64,000 nucleotides of DNA from Octopus sinensis (GCF_006345805.1 NC_043005.1:78368001-78432000), one strand, 5' to 3'; positions 22,861 to 34,815 are shown, counted from the stretch's first letter. Numbers and translations are program-made. The notes: generated from the sequence alone by a model not told the origin.

Positions 22861-24685
22861 AATGTGAAGTAACGTAATTAAATGCCACAAAACAGTTGGT
22901 CCATCCCTTTTCTGATTCTTGTGACGCACTTCACTGAACTTATACCTTTACATCACATCTACCAGATTCTATGAAGCCTGTGAAGTCAACCATGTTAACA
23001 TCTGAACTCAGAAATTAAACACTCAAATTATAATGAGCCGTTAAGACTGGTGCTCCACCGGTTATGCCATCCCTGCCTCCACACTTTGTGTGCTAAGATT
23101 ATGGCTTCAGATTTTGGCCCAAGGCTAGCAATTTTAGGGGTGAGAGTAAGGCATTTATATGGACCCTAGGGCACAACTGATACTTATTTTATTGACCTTG
23201 TTAGGATACAAGGCTAAGTCAACCTTGGCATAATTTGAACTCAGAATGTAGAAAGAAAGAGAGAGAGATATTACTCGATGCTACTCTGCTCCCTCCCAAT
23301 GCTTTATTTTGTACATTAAGACATTACTTTTAAATTTTAGCACAAAGCCAGCAATTTTAGGGAATAATAAGTCATTTATATTGATCCCTGTGCACAGCTG
23401 GTACTTATTTTATCGACTTTGAAAGGATTAAAAGAAAAGTCGACCTTGGCAGAATTTGAACTCAGAACATAAGAGTTGGGAGAAATGTGGGCGAACAACT
23501 CTGCTGGCTCACTGCTGTGAGTGTTAAAAATCGTGAATTTTAGCATAAATATACACAAGGCCATGATTATGAGATTTTGGGAATGGCTGATTTAATCAAT
23601 TGGTACTTTATTTCATCAACCCTAGAAAGATAAAGAGCAAACCTGACTTGGACTGGATTTGAACTCAGAATGTAAAGAGCAACTGCGCGCTCGTGAGAGA
23701 GAAAGAGAGAGAGAGAGGAGAGAGAGAGAAGGAGAGATGTTACTAAATGCCTGGCAGCATTTAGTAATGTTCACCTCTCTGTCACTTTTGTATGATAAAA
23801 TAATGTAAGACAAGTCTCTGATAAGACCATTCCACCACCTTAATTCCAAGAATAAAGATAACTATAATCTGTTAGTTGAAGTCTTCGTTTTATCAGCCGA
23901 GATCTTTGGGAGGCCACATAATTCTGTCGTCTTTCTGCAGGACAATAGCTATATTATAAAGAATTATGAATTAATAATGGTACAAGAAGTACTAATTAAG
24001 TTAGTTATTTCAAAACGGTAATTCTATGTTGTCTAAGTTGGCAGTTTTGTTTAGCCTCAAGTTGGCTTTGATTCAAGCAGATTTATAATAATGAGACATT
24101 CCAGCCATGGCTATAGTGTTGGTTTTTTTTTTTTTCTGTTTTAATATTTTTGTTGGGGTTTTCAGTTTTATTCAGGACTACATTAGGTGCAGGGATGACT
24201 GTGTGGTAAGATGCTTGCTTCCCAACTACATGGTTCTGGGTTCAGTCCCACTATGTGGCATCTTTGCCTCGTGTCTTCTACTATAGCCTCAGGCTAACCA
24301 AAGCCTCATGAGTGGATTTGGTTGATGGAAACTGAAAGAAGCTCATCGTGTGTGTGTGTGTGTGCCTGTGCCTTTCTGTCTGTGTTTGTAACCCTGTAAC
24401 TTAGCAGTTTGACAAATAAGTACCCGGGGTCAAAAAGAAGTATTGGTGGTGGTGGGGTGGGCTCGAGTCATTCATCTAAAAGTTTGAGGCGGTGTCCCAG
24501 CATGGCCACAGCCTGTTGACTGAAACAAGTAAAAGATAAAAGATATCCAGTCTCTCCTTCCTATTTCAAAACAGTCAGGTGTGTGATGTGTGAGGGATTT
24601 GGTTGCTCCCTTGTCGGCATGATATAGGAGCTGTTATTGTTGTTGTTTAGCTTCATGTCAACCCTTACTGAGCAGACTTACGTAC

Positions 24686-24950
24686 ATTATTTACTTTTGA
24701 CGGGCATATGGTATAGTGGTTAAGAGAGCGGGCTACTAGCCGCAAGATTTCTAGTTCGATTCCAGGCAGTGACCTGAATAATGCTGCTGCTGCTGCTGCT
24801 AACAACAACAACAACAACAACAACATTGAGGAATGAGAACCCAGGTTCGAATTTTTCCCCAAGACACCTAATGAAGGCTGGAGGGTATATCAGCTGAAAC
24901 GTGTTAACAACAAACAAGATGAGGACAAATATCCGTCAAATGTAAATAAT
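24686..24950 (+). mobile_element. Composite element D: 18-bp inverted termini, tRNA-like head, microsatellite, hammerhead-like motif
   Basis: ATTATTTACTTTTGACGG (24686-24703) versus CCGTCAAATGTAAATAAT (24933-24950), 17/18 match. Also TGGTATAGTGG, GTTCGATTCC and CTAATGA...GAAAC. Confidence 0.65.
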
Positions 24951-25360
24951 ACTCAACAATTGTTTCTATACAGTGCTGACGACTGTTAGTTACTGAGTTT
25001 TTCATGACATACTGTTTATTCTTTTCTGTTACTCTTTTACTTGTTTCAGTCATTTGACTGCAGCCATGCTGGAGCACTGCTTTTAGTCGACCCCAAAACT
25101 TTGTAAGCTTAGAACTTATTCTATCAGTCACTTTTGCCGAATTGCTAGGTTACGGTTCAAGGCTATAGTAGAATGCACTTGCCCAAGGTGCCATACAGCG
25201 GGACTAAACTCGGAACAATGTGGTTTGGAAGCAAGCTTCTGACCACACTACATAAATTATTCTATGGATAATTTCATAAAGAAATATGATCCAACAATAA
25301 TTAGGTAACATCCCATCATCAGGTGAGTTACCTTGATTGCACTAATTTATATATATATGG

Positions 25361-26041
25361 GTACGTAAAAAGCACTATCCGACTCGTGGCCAATGCCAGC
25401 GCCGCCTCCACTGGCTTCCGTGCCGGTGGCACGTAAAATACACCAATCTGACCGTACGACAGGCACCCATGCCAACCCCCTTGCTTGCGAAGACATGTTG
25501 GGGCAAGCGAAATCGAATTGAACCAGCCAGGTTCCCTGGTCTGGTGGTACGTAAAAAGCACTATCCGACTCGTGGCCGATGCCAGCGCCGCCTCCACTGG
25601 CTTCCGTGCCGGTGGCACGTAAAATACACCAATCTGACCATACAACAGGCACCCATGCCAACCCCCTTGCTTGCGAAGACATGTTGGGGCAAGCGGAATC
25701 AAATTCGAATTGAACCAGCCAGGATCCCTGGTCTGGTGGTACGTAAAAAGCACCATCCGACTCGTGGCTGATGCCAGCACCGCCTCGTCTGGCTTCCGTG
25801 CCGGTGGCACATAAAATACACCAATCCGACCGTGGCCGTTGCCAGCCTCGCCTGGCACCTGTGCAGGTGGCACGTAAAAAGCACCCACTACACTCACGTT
25901 AGGAAGTGCATCCAGCTGTAGAAACACTGCCAGATAAGACTGGAGCCTGGTGCAGCCTTCTGGCTTCCCAGATCCCCGGTCGAACCGTCCAACCCATGCT
26001 AGCATGGAGAACGGACGTTAAACGATGATGATGATGATGAT
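25361..26041 (+). mobile_element. Young family C variant with 186/192-bp tandem units
   Basis: Units start at 25361, 25547 and 25739. CpG-rich, with the standard C 3' end and (GAT)n. Confidence 0.85.
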
Positions 26042-26429
26042 GTAGGTGGAGGAGTGGCTGTGTAGTAAGTAGCTTGCTTACCAACCACATGGTTCCGGGT
26101 TCAGTCCCTTTGTATGGCACCTTGGGCAAATGTGTTCTACTATGGCTTCGGGCCGACCAAAGCCTTGTGAGTAGATTTGGTAGATGGAAACTGAAAGAAG
26201 CCCGTCATATATATGTATACATATGTGTGTGTGTGTGTGTCTGTGTTTGTTCCCCCAACATTGCTTGACAACTGATGCTGGCGTGTTTACATCCCAATAA
26301 CTTAGCGGTTATGTATATCTATCTGTATATATGTATGTATATCTGTCTATCTATAAATATATATGTATATCTGTCTATCTCTATATATATATATATATAT
26401 ATCTATTTATATATATATATATATATATA

Positions 26430-26775
26430 CGCTTTGATATGTTTCGACCAAAGATTGGTCCAAGCCATGTCTAACTTAATAGCACCACCTGATAGAATTA
26501 TCTAACTTCTTCTTATGTAAAGTTTTGTTTATGTTCCATTCAAGTAGTGAGTTCTTGTTGAGTGAGTTGTATCCAGGTATGAGTGGCTTATCTGGTATTC
26601 CTTGAAGAAATTTGTCCAGACTCCTTTTAAAGGTGATGGGATCCTTTTCCTCTTTGATCTGTTTTGGGACAATGTTAAACAAGGCAGGGCCTGTTGAGGA
26701 AAAGAAATTATGTCACAGTGTACCTATATGTTGTGATCCTGAATTGGGCAGGAGATGTATGGCCCAAGGTCCCAA
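26430..26775 (-). mobile_element. CR1/L2-like LINE 3' fragment (decayed ORF2 C-terminus plus 3' UTR)
   Basis: Minus frame HNFFSSTGPALFNIVPKQIKEEKDPITFKRSLDKFLQGIPDKPLIPGY resembles the (R)NFF..RGP.LFN.LP......FK..LDKFL..IPD.P..PGY tail of CR1/L2-group RTs. (AT)n tail. Confidence 0.72.
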
Positions 26776-26872
26776 TATATATATATATGTATGTATAGCT
26801 ATCTGTCTATAGATATGTATATCTATCTACTCTCTCTATCTATCTATCTCTCTCTCTCTGTCTCTGTCTCTC

Positions 26873-26933
<61 letters not shown>

Positions 26934-27139
26934 CGACTGAGTTGCATAATAGTGGTTTTATCTCTAATTCGTATTTTATATAGATAGATATACACATGTA
27001 TAGATATATACATATAGATAGACACACACACACATATAGATAGATAGATATATATCTATATATAAGGTGAGAGCTGGCAGAAACGATAGCACGCCGGGCA
27101 AAATGCCATTAAGTTCTGAGTCCAAAATCTGCCGAGGAC

Positions 27140-27834
27140 ATATATATATATATGTATATCTATTTATGTATATATTTTATCTATATATATATATATATAT
27201 ATGTGTGTATATCTATCTATATATTATATATATATATATATATGTGTATATCTATCTATATATCTATATATATATATATATATATGTGTATATCTATCTA
27301 TATATATTTATATATATGTGTATATCTATATATATCTATATAAATATGTATAGAGATAAAACCACTATTAGGCAACTCAATCGAATTTTTCCCTGTAAGT
27401 TTGGAGCTATACTCCCTAATATTATTATTATATATCTATATATGTATATCTATCTATATGTGTATATCTATTTATATGTGTATATCTATATATATGTGTA
27501 TCTATATATATCTATATATATGTGTATCTATATATATCTATATATGTATGTATCTCTCTATATATATGTATATCTATCTATCTATCTATATATATATATG
27601 TATATCTATCTGTATATATGTATATCTATCTATATATATGTATATCTATCTATCTATATATATGTATATCTATCTATATATATATATATATGTATATCTA
27701 TATATCTCTCTATATGTACATCTATTCATATGTGCATATCTATTTATATGTGTATATCTATATATATGTATATCTATCTATATATATATATGTATATCTA
27801 TCTATATATATGTATATCTATATATATATATGTA

Positions 27835-27877
<43 letters not shown>

Positions 27878-28044
27878 ATATATATATATATATATATCTA
27901 TATATCTCTATATGTATATCTATTCATATGTGCATATCTATTTATATGTGCATATATATTTATGTGCATATATATTTATGTGTATATCTATATGTATATC
28001 TATCTATGTATATGTATAATCTATCTATATATTTATATCTATGT

Positions 28045-28085
<41 letters not shown>

Positions 28086-28105
28086 TATATATAATATATA
28101 TATTA
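27140..28105. repeat. About 1-kb compound (TA)/(TATC)/(TG) microsatellite
   Basis: Directly visible. It is the source of the 405-aa, 247-aa and 165-aa Y/I-rich ORFs. Confidence 0.98.
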
Positions 28106-28475
28106 AGGTATGTAGAAAAATACAACATGGACAAGAACGTATAACTCTTAGAAGACGATACAATAAACATGGACAGGACATTCGAACCCCTCAGTCTTCA
28201 GTCAAGAACCGGATCATCGTAGTATTTCGGCTGATTAATCTTGAGATTACTAGATCACGGCCAGCCCTCCAAGAAAAAAACTAAGCAACGAGCATTAGAA
28301 AACTAAGCTGGAAGCGTAGATTTCCTGGAAGAAGGATCGAATGCATACGACACACCAGGACAGCAAAAGGGACAGATATAAAAAAAAAAAAAACAAAAAA
28401 CAATAATGGAATACAGAAACATGAAATACAGAAGCATTAACGGTGAAAACAACAAGTGTCTTACGACTGATAACA
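28106..28475. repeat. Probable dispersed repeat of unknown class
   Basis: Non-microsatellite, CpG-retaining block between TA tracts with an internal ~40-bp duplication (ACAA.AAACATGGACA.GA at about 28118 and 28160). Only one copy in the window. Confidence 0.4.
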
Positions 28476-28514
28476 AGATATATATGTATATGTGTATATA
28501 GATTGTATATACAT

Positions 28515-28607
28515 TGTAGATCTTTAGCTGGGCTAAAAAGTCACATTCGATCACAGCACCAGTAACAGCTTCGTGCAATGGCCATACTCGATAACGAGGG
28601 GGCAGCC

Positions 28608-28645
<38 letters not shown>
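28515..28645 (+). mobile_element. RTE-like LINE extreme 3' end
   Basis: CRSLAGLKSHIRSQHQ* (a C-x-S-x-x-G-L-x-S-H-x-R C-terminal motif), then GCCATACTCGATAACGAGGGGGCAGCC and an (ATA)n tail. Confidence 0.55.
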
Positions 28646-28646
<1 letters not shown>

Positions 28647-29160
28647 TGTATATATATATATATGTTGCGTGTATATATATGTGTGTTTCTGTTAAGTATC
28701 CCTAGCTTCCACCTCCCAAATTTCAACCACTAATTGGAAATCTACCGACAATTGTAGAAGACCCCTTAATTCCAGATTCATCATAAAGCGGGAACAAACT
28801 CACTACCGCAAAGTTTTAAAGGGAGCTAACTCCTCAACCTCCCTACGATACTTATACATCATGTATTTGGAAATTGATTTGGGAGTTTTAGTTCAGAAAG
28901 CCTTACTCTATCACTCTACTGTATGTGTGTGTGTGTTTGTGTGTGTGCATGTATGTGTCCTTATATCTATCCATACTATCTCCAGTCTGGTCCAGTTTAA
29001 GTGTGTGAATTATATTTTTACGCTATAGCTTTCATTTTTACAGCTATATTTCCACATTTAAAAATTAATAAAAATTTATATACATAAATGTATTTAGTGA
29101 AATGAATATGAATATATATATATACATATATATATAAATGTATTTAGCGAAATGAATATA

Positions 29161-29203
<43 letters not shown>

Positions 29204-29574
29204 GTGTGTGTGGTGTTTTTATATGTATGTATGTAAAACAACCCAGAAAATGTGTAAAAAAAAGAAATGGAAAAGTCAAAATGAAACCCCACCAAAAAAT
29301 ACAAATTGCTAAGTTACTTTTTAGTAAAAGCAAAATCGTAATTGTTTGGGAAAGCAAACATATCTACATTGTTTGTTATTATCAATATTATCACTGTTAT
29401 TATGATTGTTATTGTCATTGCCCTATTCACGAAGGAATCGGCCCATGGCTATTTGGATGAAGATAATGACTGGTTCGTAAGTTTGCTTTCATTAACTGAA
29501 AGATAGTGAAAAGATTCAAATTTCAGTGAAATACAATCCCGGAAACTGTGAAATCTATTATAACAGAAAATAAA

Positions 29575-29815
29575 CAAATAATAACAACAATAATGATAAT
29601 AATAATAATAGTAATAATAATAATAATAATGGTGAGAATGGTGATAATAATAGTAATAATAATAATGATGAGAATGATAATAATAATAATAGTAATGATA
29701 ATAATGATGAGAATGATAATAATAATAATAGTAATGATAATAATGATGAGAATGATAATAATAATAAATGATGATAATGATAATAGATAATGATAATAAT
29801 AATAATGAATAATTC
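29575..29815. repeat. (AAT/GAT)n tract with a 39-bp higher-order unit
   Basis: GAGAATGATAATAATAATAATAGTAATGATAATAATGAT repeated about 3 times. Confidence 0.9.
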
Positions 29816-32029
29816 TCTAATGTAGCCGTTCAGTTTTTCCAAACATAATAGCAAAACTCTCAACCATTTGGTGGGTGGTTGGGTGGTATATGTGTGTGTG
29901 AATCGGAGAACTTTTTCCTTTATATACAGTATTCTTCGTAGTGTTAAGAATTATTTATTTTTCCTGTCTGTTATTCACTACAATATTATTAACCCAAATT
30001 CTCTCCCCCATCTCTCTCTCTCTCTCTCACATCGAAACTCCTTTTAAATAAAAGAACCTTTTTCAAAACTAACAAACAAACAAACAAAGGTAAAACAACA
30101 ACAACAAAAAGCGAAATAAAAAGGAATGCAAAATAGAAGAGGAGGAAGAGAATAAGAATAATAATAATAATAATAAAAGAGAAATAGATATTGAATCTTT
30201 CATGGTTGTTTGTGTATGTGTTTTTTGAAAAAATCTGGTATTTCCATTCTTCTTTTAGAAGCTGAATGTTTTTGGGATATTCATTCATCAATCTCTGCTG
30301 TATAGAATTTCAGGCTGTTTATTTCTCCGAAGCTTTTATTCAATTCCGGCTCTTTATTTCGTTTCTTCCCTGGCTGTTGTTTTCTAATGGACAGCTTAGC
30401 TATTTTTACTGGGTTCCTATGGCTTCTCTGTTCTTGCAAAACACCAGCAGGGGCGATGGTGTCGGCAGTGTGTGCATCTCCGTGTGTGTGTGTGTGTGTA
30501 TGTGCATGCATGTCTGTGTTGGTGTTTGTGTGTGTGTGTTGTGTGCGAGGGTGTTTGTCTGGACTTTATCTCCCAACACAAAACCAACTGAAATAATATA
30601 TATCTTGCCTGTATCACTTGCCGTTGGCTCTGGCACCTTTATCTGCTAATTACACAGGCCATTGTGCCTATGTCTGTTTTGTCGAGGATAAAGAGCCTAC
30701 AAGGCTGGGTATGGCTTGGCTTGGTGCGCTGCAGTTCGGTGTGGTGTGGCATGGCGTAGTATCGCGAGGTGTGCAGTGAAAGACTGGTGACGGCTATGGT
30801 GGTGATGGCAGGTGGGTGTCGTTGAAGCGAGGGAGGGTGTGGGGCCGGCGTCAATGACGATGGTGGTGTTGGTGGGGGGTGATGTGATTTTAAAACACTG
30901 TTCTCTATTGCTGTTTCTGAGACTTAAGTCTCTCGGTTATCTCAATAGCTCGAGGGGCAATCCAAACGAGATGCTGACCTTCCAACTGATAAGTAGTGAC
31001 TAAATGCAATGATAGAACTTGCTTATTTTGTCATTATATGCCAATACTGGAAAGTGTGTATACGCACGCACGTGTGCACACGTGTGCATGTGTGTGTGTG
31101 TGCTTGCAATGGATTTTTATCTTTGCTCTATTAATCAGCTTAGTCTATTGTTCTCGACACTTGCAGTATCGGCAGCACTTTTCGTGCTCCTGGAAAGGAA
31201 TTCAGTTGAAATCGCGCTTTCGTTTCGATTAAAACTTTGTCCACCATTGTCGTTCAGTTGTTGTGGTTTCTTCACCACCGCCGCCCCTCACCAGCCCCCC
31301 CCTCTTCCAGCCCCCATCTCCATCCATCCAGTCATTCATTCATTCATCCGTTCATCCCTCATCAGGCATCTGCCTTTTTCATCCCGCTTCACCCTCGACT
31401 CTCATTAATTCTCTCAACCACACACACACACACACACGTCCTCTGTATAAATAATTCAGATTAGAACCGTCTAATTAAGATGTTTGCGTTTGTCTCTAAT
31501 GTGCGCCTGCTCGCGCATATGTGTGCATGCTTGCTTGCATGCATGTACACGTGTATTTATATATGTATATGCGCGTCTGTGTGTGTGTGTGCGTGTGCCT
31601 GTGTCACACTTGTTACCAAGACTCGGCAATGAATAGCTGACACAGAAGCCAGCAGTATTTTTGCTGACATCATTCTACATTGAACGAGAAACCTGCCAAT
31701 AAGTTATTTGTCACTTAGATGTAATGACCTTTTTCAATTCGAAGACGAGAAAGCAACTGAGACAATGCAAAACTAAGATAGATAGTCACACAATTTCTTT
31801 ATTTATTTCATTATTATTATTATTGTTATTAGTTGTTATTATCATCATTATTGTTGTTGTTTCTATCTTTTTTTTGTCTTTTTTTTTTACTTCACTAGTC
31901 AGGTTTTCTTTGCCTCATAACTATTATTGCCATTGTATTATCGGCTGATGAAGTGGTGGTGGTGATGGTGGCGATGGGGTGGAAGTTTAAAGAGGTGGTG
32001 GTGGTGGTGATGGGGTATTGAAACCTCTC

Positions 32030-32470
32030 AGAATGTGTCTATCTCTGTGTGTGTCTGTCTGTCTACCTCAATGTGTGTGTGTCTGTCTACCTCTCTGTGT
32101 GTGTATGTCTGTCTACCTCTGTGTGTGTGTGTGTCTGTCTCTGTGTCTACCTCTGTGTGTTTGTGTGTCTATCTGTCTACTAGTGTGTGTGTGTATGTAT
32201 GTGTGTGTGTCTGTCTCTGTGCCTATATGTGTGTGTGTGCGTCTGTCTGTCTGTCTATCTGTAAGTGTGTATGTGTGGTTTGGTGTTTGTTTATGTGTGT
32301 GTCTACCAATCTTTTTGTAGGCATGTGTATGTCTACCTTTCTGTGTGTATGCATGTGGCTGTGCATGAGTGTGTGTGTGTGTGTCTGTCTGTCTATGCAT
32401 GCGGGTGTGTCTGTCCATATTTGTGTTTGAGTGTGTTTCCCTTTGTATGTATGTGTGTACGTGCATGGTT
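32030..32470. repeat. Degenerate (GT)n/(CTGT)n microsatellite
   Basis: Directly visible. Confidence 0.95.
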
Positions 32471-33019
32471 ATGCTTAAACTCCTACCACCAGCAACAACC
32501 CCCGCCTCCATGACCACCACCACTGATATGATGTTTGCAGTCACCAGTAACTATAATACATTGAATACCTTTTAAGATTGTTCTACAGAAAAAAAAGACA
32601 AAGAGCACACATCAAAAAAGAAAAAAAAATGCAACTAATACTTTACCATGCGGATGAAACTGTGATGAGAAGAGAAGAGGGGGGGGTTAAAATTGGTGCT
32701 TTTTTAAAATATTTTTTTTCTAATTTTTTTTTTTTACAAAAATTTAAACTCTATTTAAATTTTTTGATAAAAAGACAGATTGGCAACAACATAGCTTGTA
32801 GGTTCTTGTATTAATTGATTTGAACCTTTTAAAATATTTCATTTGAAAACAAACCAATATTGTATGTTTTTCTCTGTCTGTCTGCCTCCGTGTCTGTCTG
32901 TTTGTCTCTCGTTAGAATTAATCTTGGTGCTGTGAATGACTCTAGATGCTGGTTCAGTTAAATTGGAAAAAAATGATAACAGTAACAACAGTAAGTCATG
33001 ATGACGATGACGATAATCC

Positions 33020-33625
33020 ATTCGACTATGGGCACATGGTCTGAAAGTTTTTGATGGAAAAGGCAAGGTAACCCAAAACCTCCACTGGATATGATGTTAT
33101 GGGTGCTTGGTTCCAACATACACACCGGAAAAGGTAATGGATGTAAAGAGGAAGGCAAAAATCCTCTGAGACTTTGATTTCCAAACAGACAAAGTGTTTG
33201 AGCAACAAAGGCCAAATATGGTAACCTATAGCAGGGACAAATAAGAGCGTCTAATGATCGACGTGGCTGTGCCAAGAGATCAACACATCATCATGCAAGA
33301 AAGAGAAAAGGTCGATAAATATGGAGACCTGAGAATTGAGATCGCTAAGATGTGGCAGCTATGAGAGGCAAACATAAAGGTTATCCCTATTATCATCGGA
33401 GCATTTGGTTCAGTACCACCCAATCTGAGAAAAAATCTGAAACCCTTAGAGGTACCCTAAAATCTAGATGTATTGCAAAAGTCGGTATTACTTGGAACTG
33501 CACACATATTTCGTAAAGTACAGTCTGTCTAAGGTCCTTGTGACTTGACAAATAGTATAAACCCCTGGTAGATACAATATCTTCAATCAACAACCTCATG
33601 ATATTGTATACTTTGTGATGTCTGT
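33020..33625 (+). mobile_element. 5'-truncated R4/Dong-clade non-LTR retrotransposon remnant (restriction-like endonuclease region), ending in (TAA)n
   Basis: Frame 33122-33532: ...KIL*DFDFQTDKVFEQQRPNMV...IDVAVPRD...EREKVDKYGDLRIEIAKMW...VIPIIIGAFGSV...LQKSVLLGTAHIFRKV, with 4 internal stops. Followed by (TAA)n. Confidence 0.85.
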
Positions 33626-33669
33626 AATAATAATAATAATAATAATAACAATAATAATAATAATGATAA

Positions 33670-33881
33670 TCCTTTCTACTAAAGGCACAGGGTCTGGAAT
33701 TTTGTGGGAGGGAAAGTAGTCGATTACATTGTCCCCTGTGTGTAACTGCTACTTACTTCATCGACCCCAAAAGGATGAAAGGCAAAGTCAACCATGGTGG
33801 AATTTGGACTCAGAACATAAAGACAGACAAAATACTGCCAAGCATTTTACCTGGTATTCTAACAATTCTGCCAGCTCACCA

Positions 33882-33918
<37 letters not shown>

Positions 33919-34360
33919 AATAATAATAATATAATAATAATAATCCTTTCTACTATAGGCACAAGGCCTGAAGCTTGGTGGGAGGTGGGGGCCAGTCAAT
34001 TAGATTGACCTCAGTATGCAACTGGTGCTTAATTTATTGACCCCGAAAAGCTGAAAGGCAAAGTTGACCTCGGTAGAATTTGAACTCAGAATGTAGAGAC
34101 AGATGAAATACCACTAAGCATTTCACCTGGTGTGCTAACGATTCTGCCAACTCAGTAATGTTGATGATGATGATAATCCTTTCTACGATAAACACAAGGC
34201 TTGACATTTTGGTTGGGGGAGAAGAAACGTTGATTACATTGATCCCATTGCTCAGCTGGTACTTAATTCATTGACCCTGAATTTTTTGAACTCGGAATGT
34301 AGAGATTAATGAAATGCTGCTAAGCATTTTATCTGATCTGTTAATGATTCTACCAGCTCA
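33670..34360 (-). mobile_element. Three consecutive SINE A2 copies separated by (AAT)/(ATT)/(GAT) tracts
   Basis: Repeated CCTTTCTAC.A.A.GCACA.GG...GAATTTG.ACTC.GAA...TTCT.CCA.CTC at about 33670, 33945 and 34180. Confidence 0.8.
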
Positions 34361-34371
34361 ACGCATTATTA

Positions 34372-34815
34372 ATAGGCACAGGAGTGGCTGTGTAATAAGT
34401 AGCTTGCTTACCAACCACATGGTTCTGGGTTCAGTCCCACTGCATGGCACCTTGAGCAAGTGTCTTCTACTCTAGCCTCGGGCCGACCAAAGACTTGTGA
34501 GTGGATTTGGTAGACAGAAACTGAAAGAAGCCTGTCGTATATGTATGTATGTGTATATATATATATATATATATATACACATGTATGTGTGTGTATATGA
34601 TTTTGGGTGTGTGTGTCCCAACATTGCTTGACAACCAATGCTGGTGTGTTTCCATCTCCGTAACTTAGCAGTTCGACAAAAGAGATTGTTAGAATAAGTA
34701 TTGGCTTACAAAGAATAAGTCCTGGGGTTGATTTATTTGACTAAAGGTGGTGCTCCAGCTTGGCCGCAGTTAGAATGACTGAAACAAGTAAAAGAATAAA
34801 AGAAGAATAAAAGAG
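34372..34815 (+). mobile_element. Full-length SINE family B
   Basis: ATAGGCACAGGAGTGGCTGTG...GGTTCAGTCCCACTG...CACCTTGAGCAAGTG...(TA)(TG)...GACTGAAACAAGTAAAAG(AATAAAAG)n. Confidence 0.9.

Noticed and set aside
24701-24775. tRNA gene calls for tRNA-like heads (also about 2725-2795, 49676-49745 and all A/B heads)
   Set aside because: A and B boxes are present, but there is no complete cloverleaf or acceptor stem and each continues into a repeat body. These are SINE heads, not tRNA genes.
25328-26005. 225-aa and 184-aa (43979-44533) ORFs as genes
   Set aside because: They are antisense readings of family C tandem units. The same peptide words (FLQLDALPN, VVGAFYVPPA) recur in every C copy.
27067-28284. 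405-aa ORF and other long Y/I/C/V/H/T-rich ORFs (e.g. 35813-36419, 52679-53517, 54777-55213, 63079-63606)
   Set aside because: They are translations of (TA)/(TG)/(TATC) microsatellites, which lack stops in some frames. No domain content.
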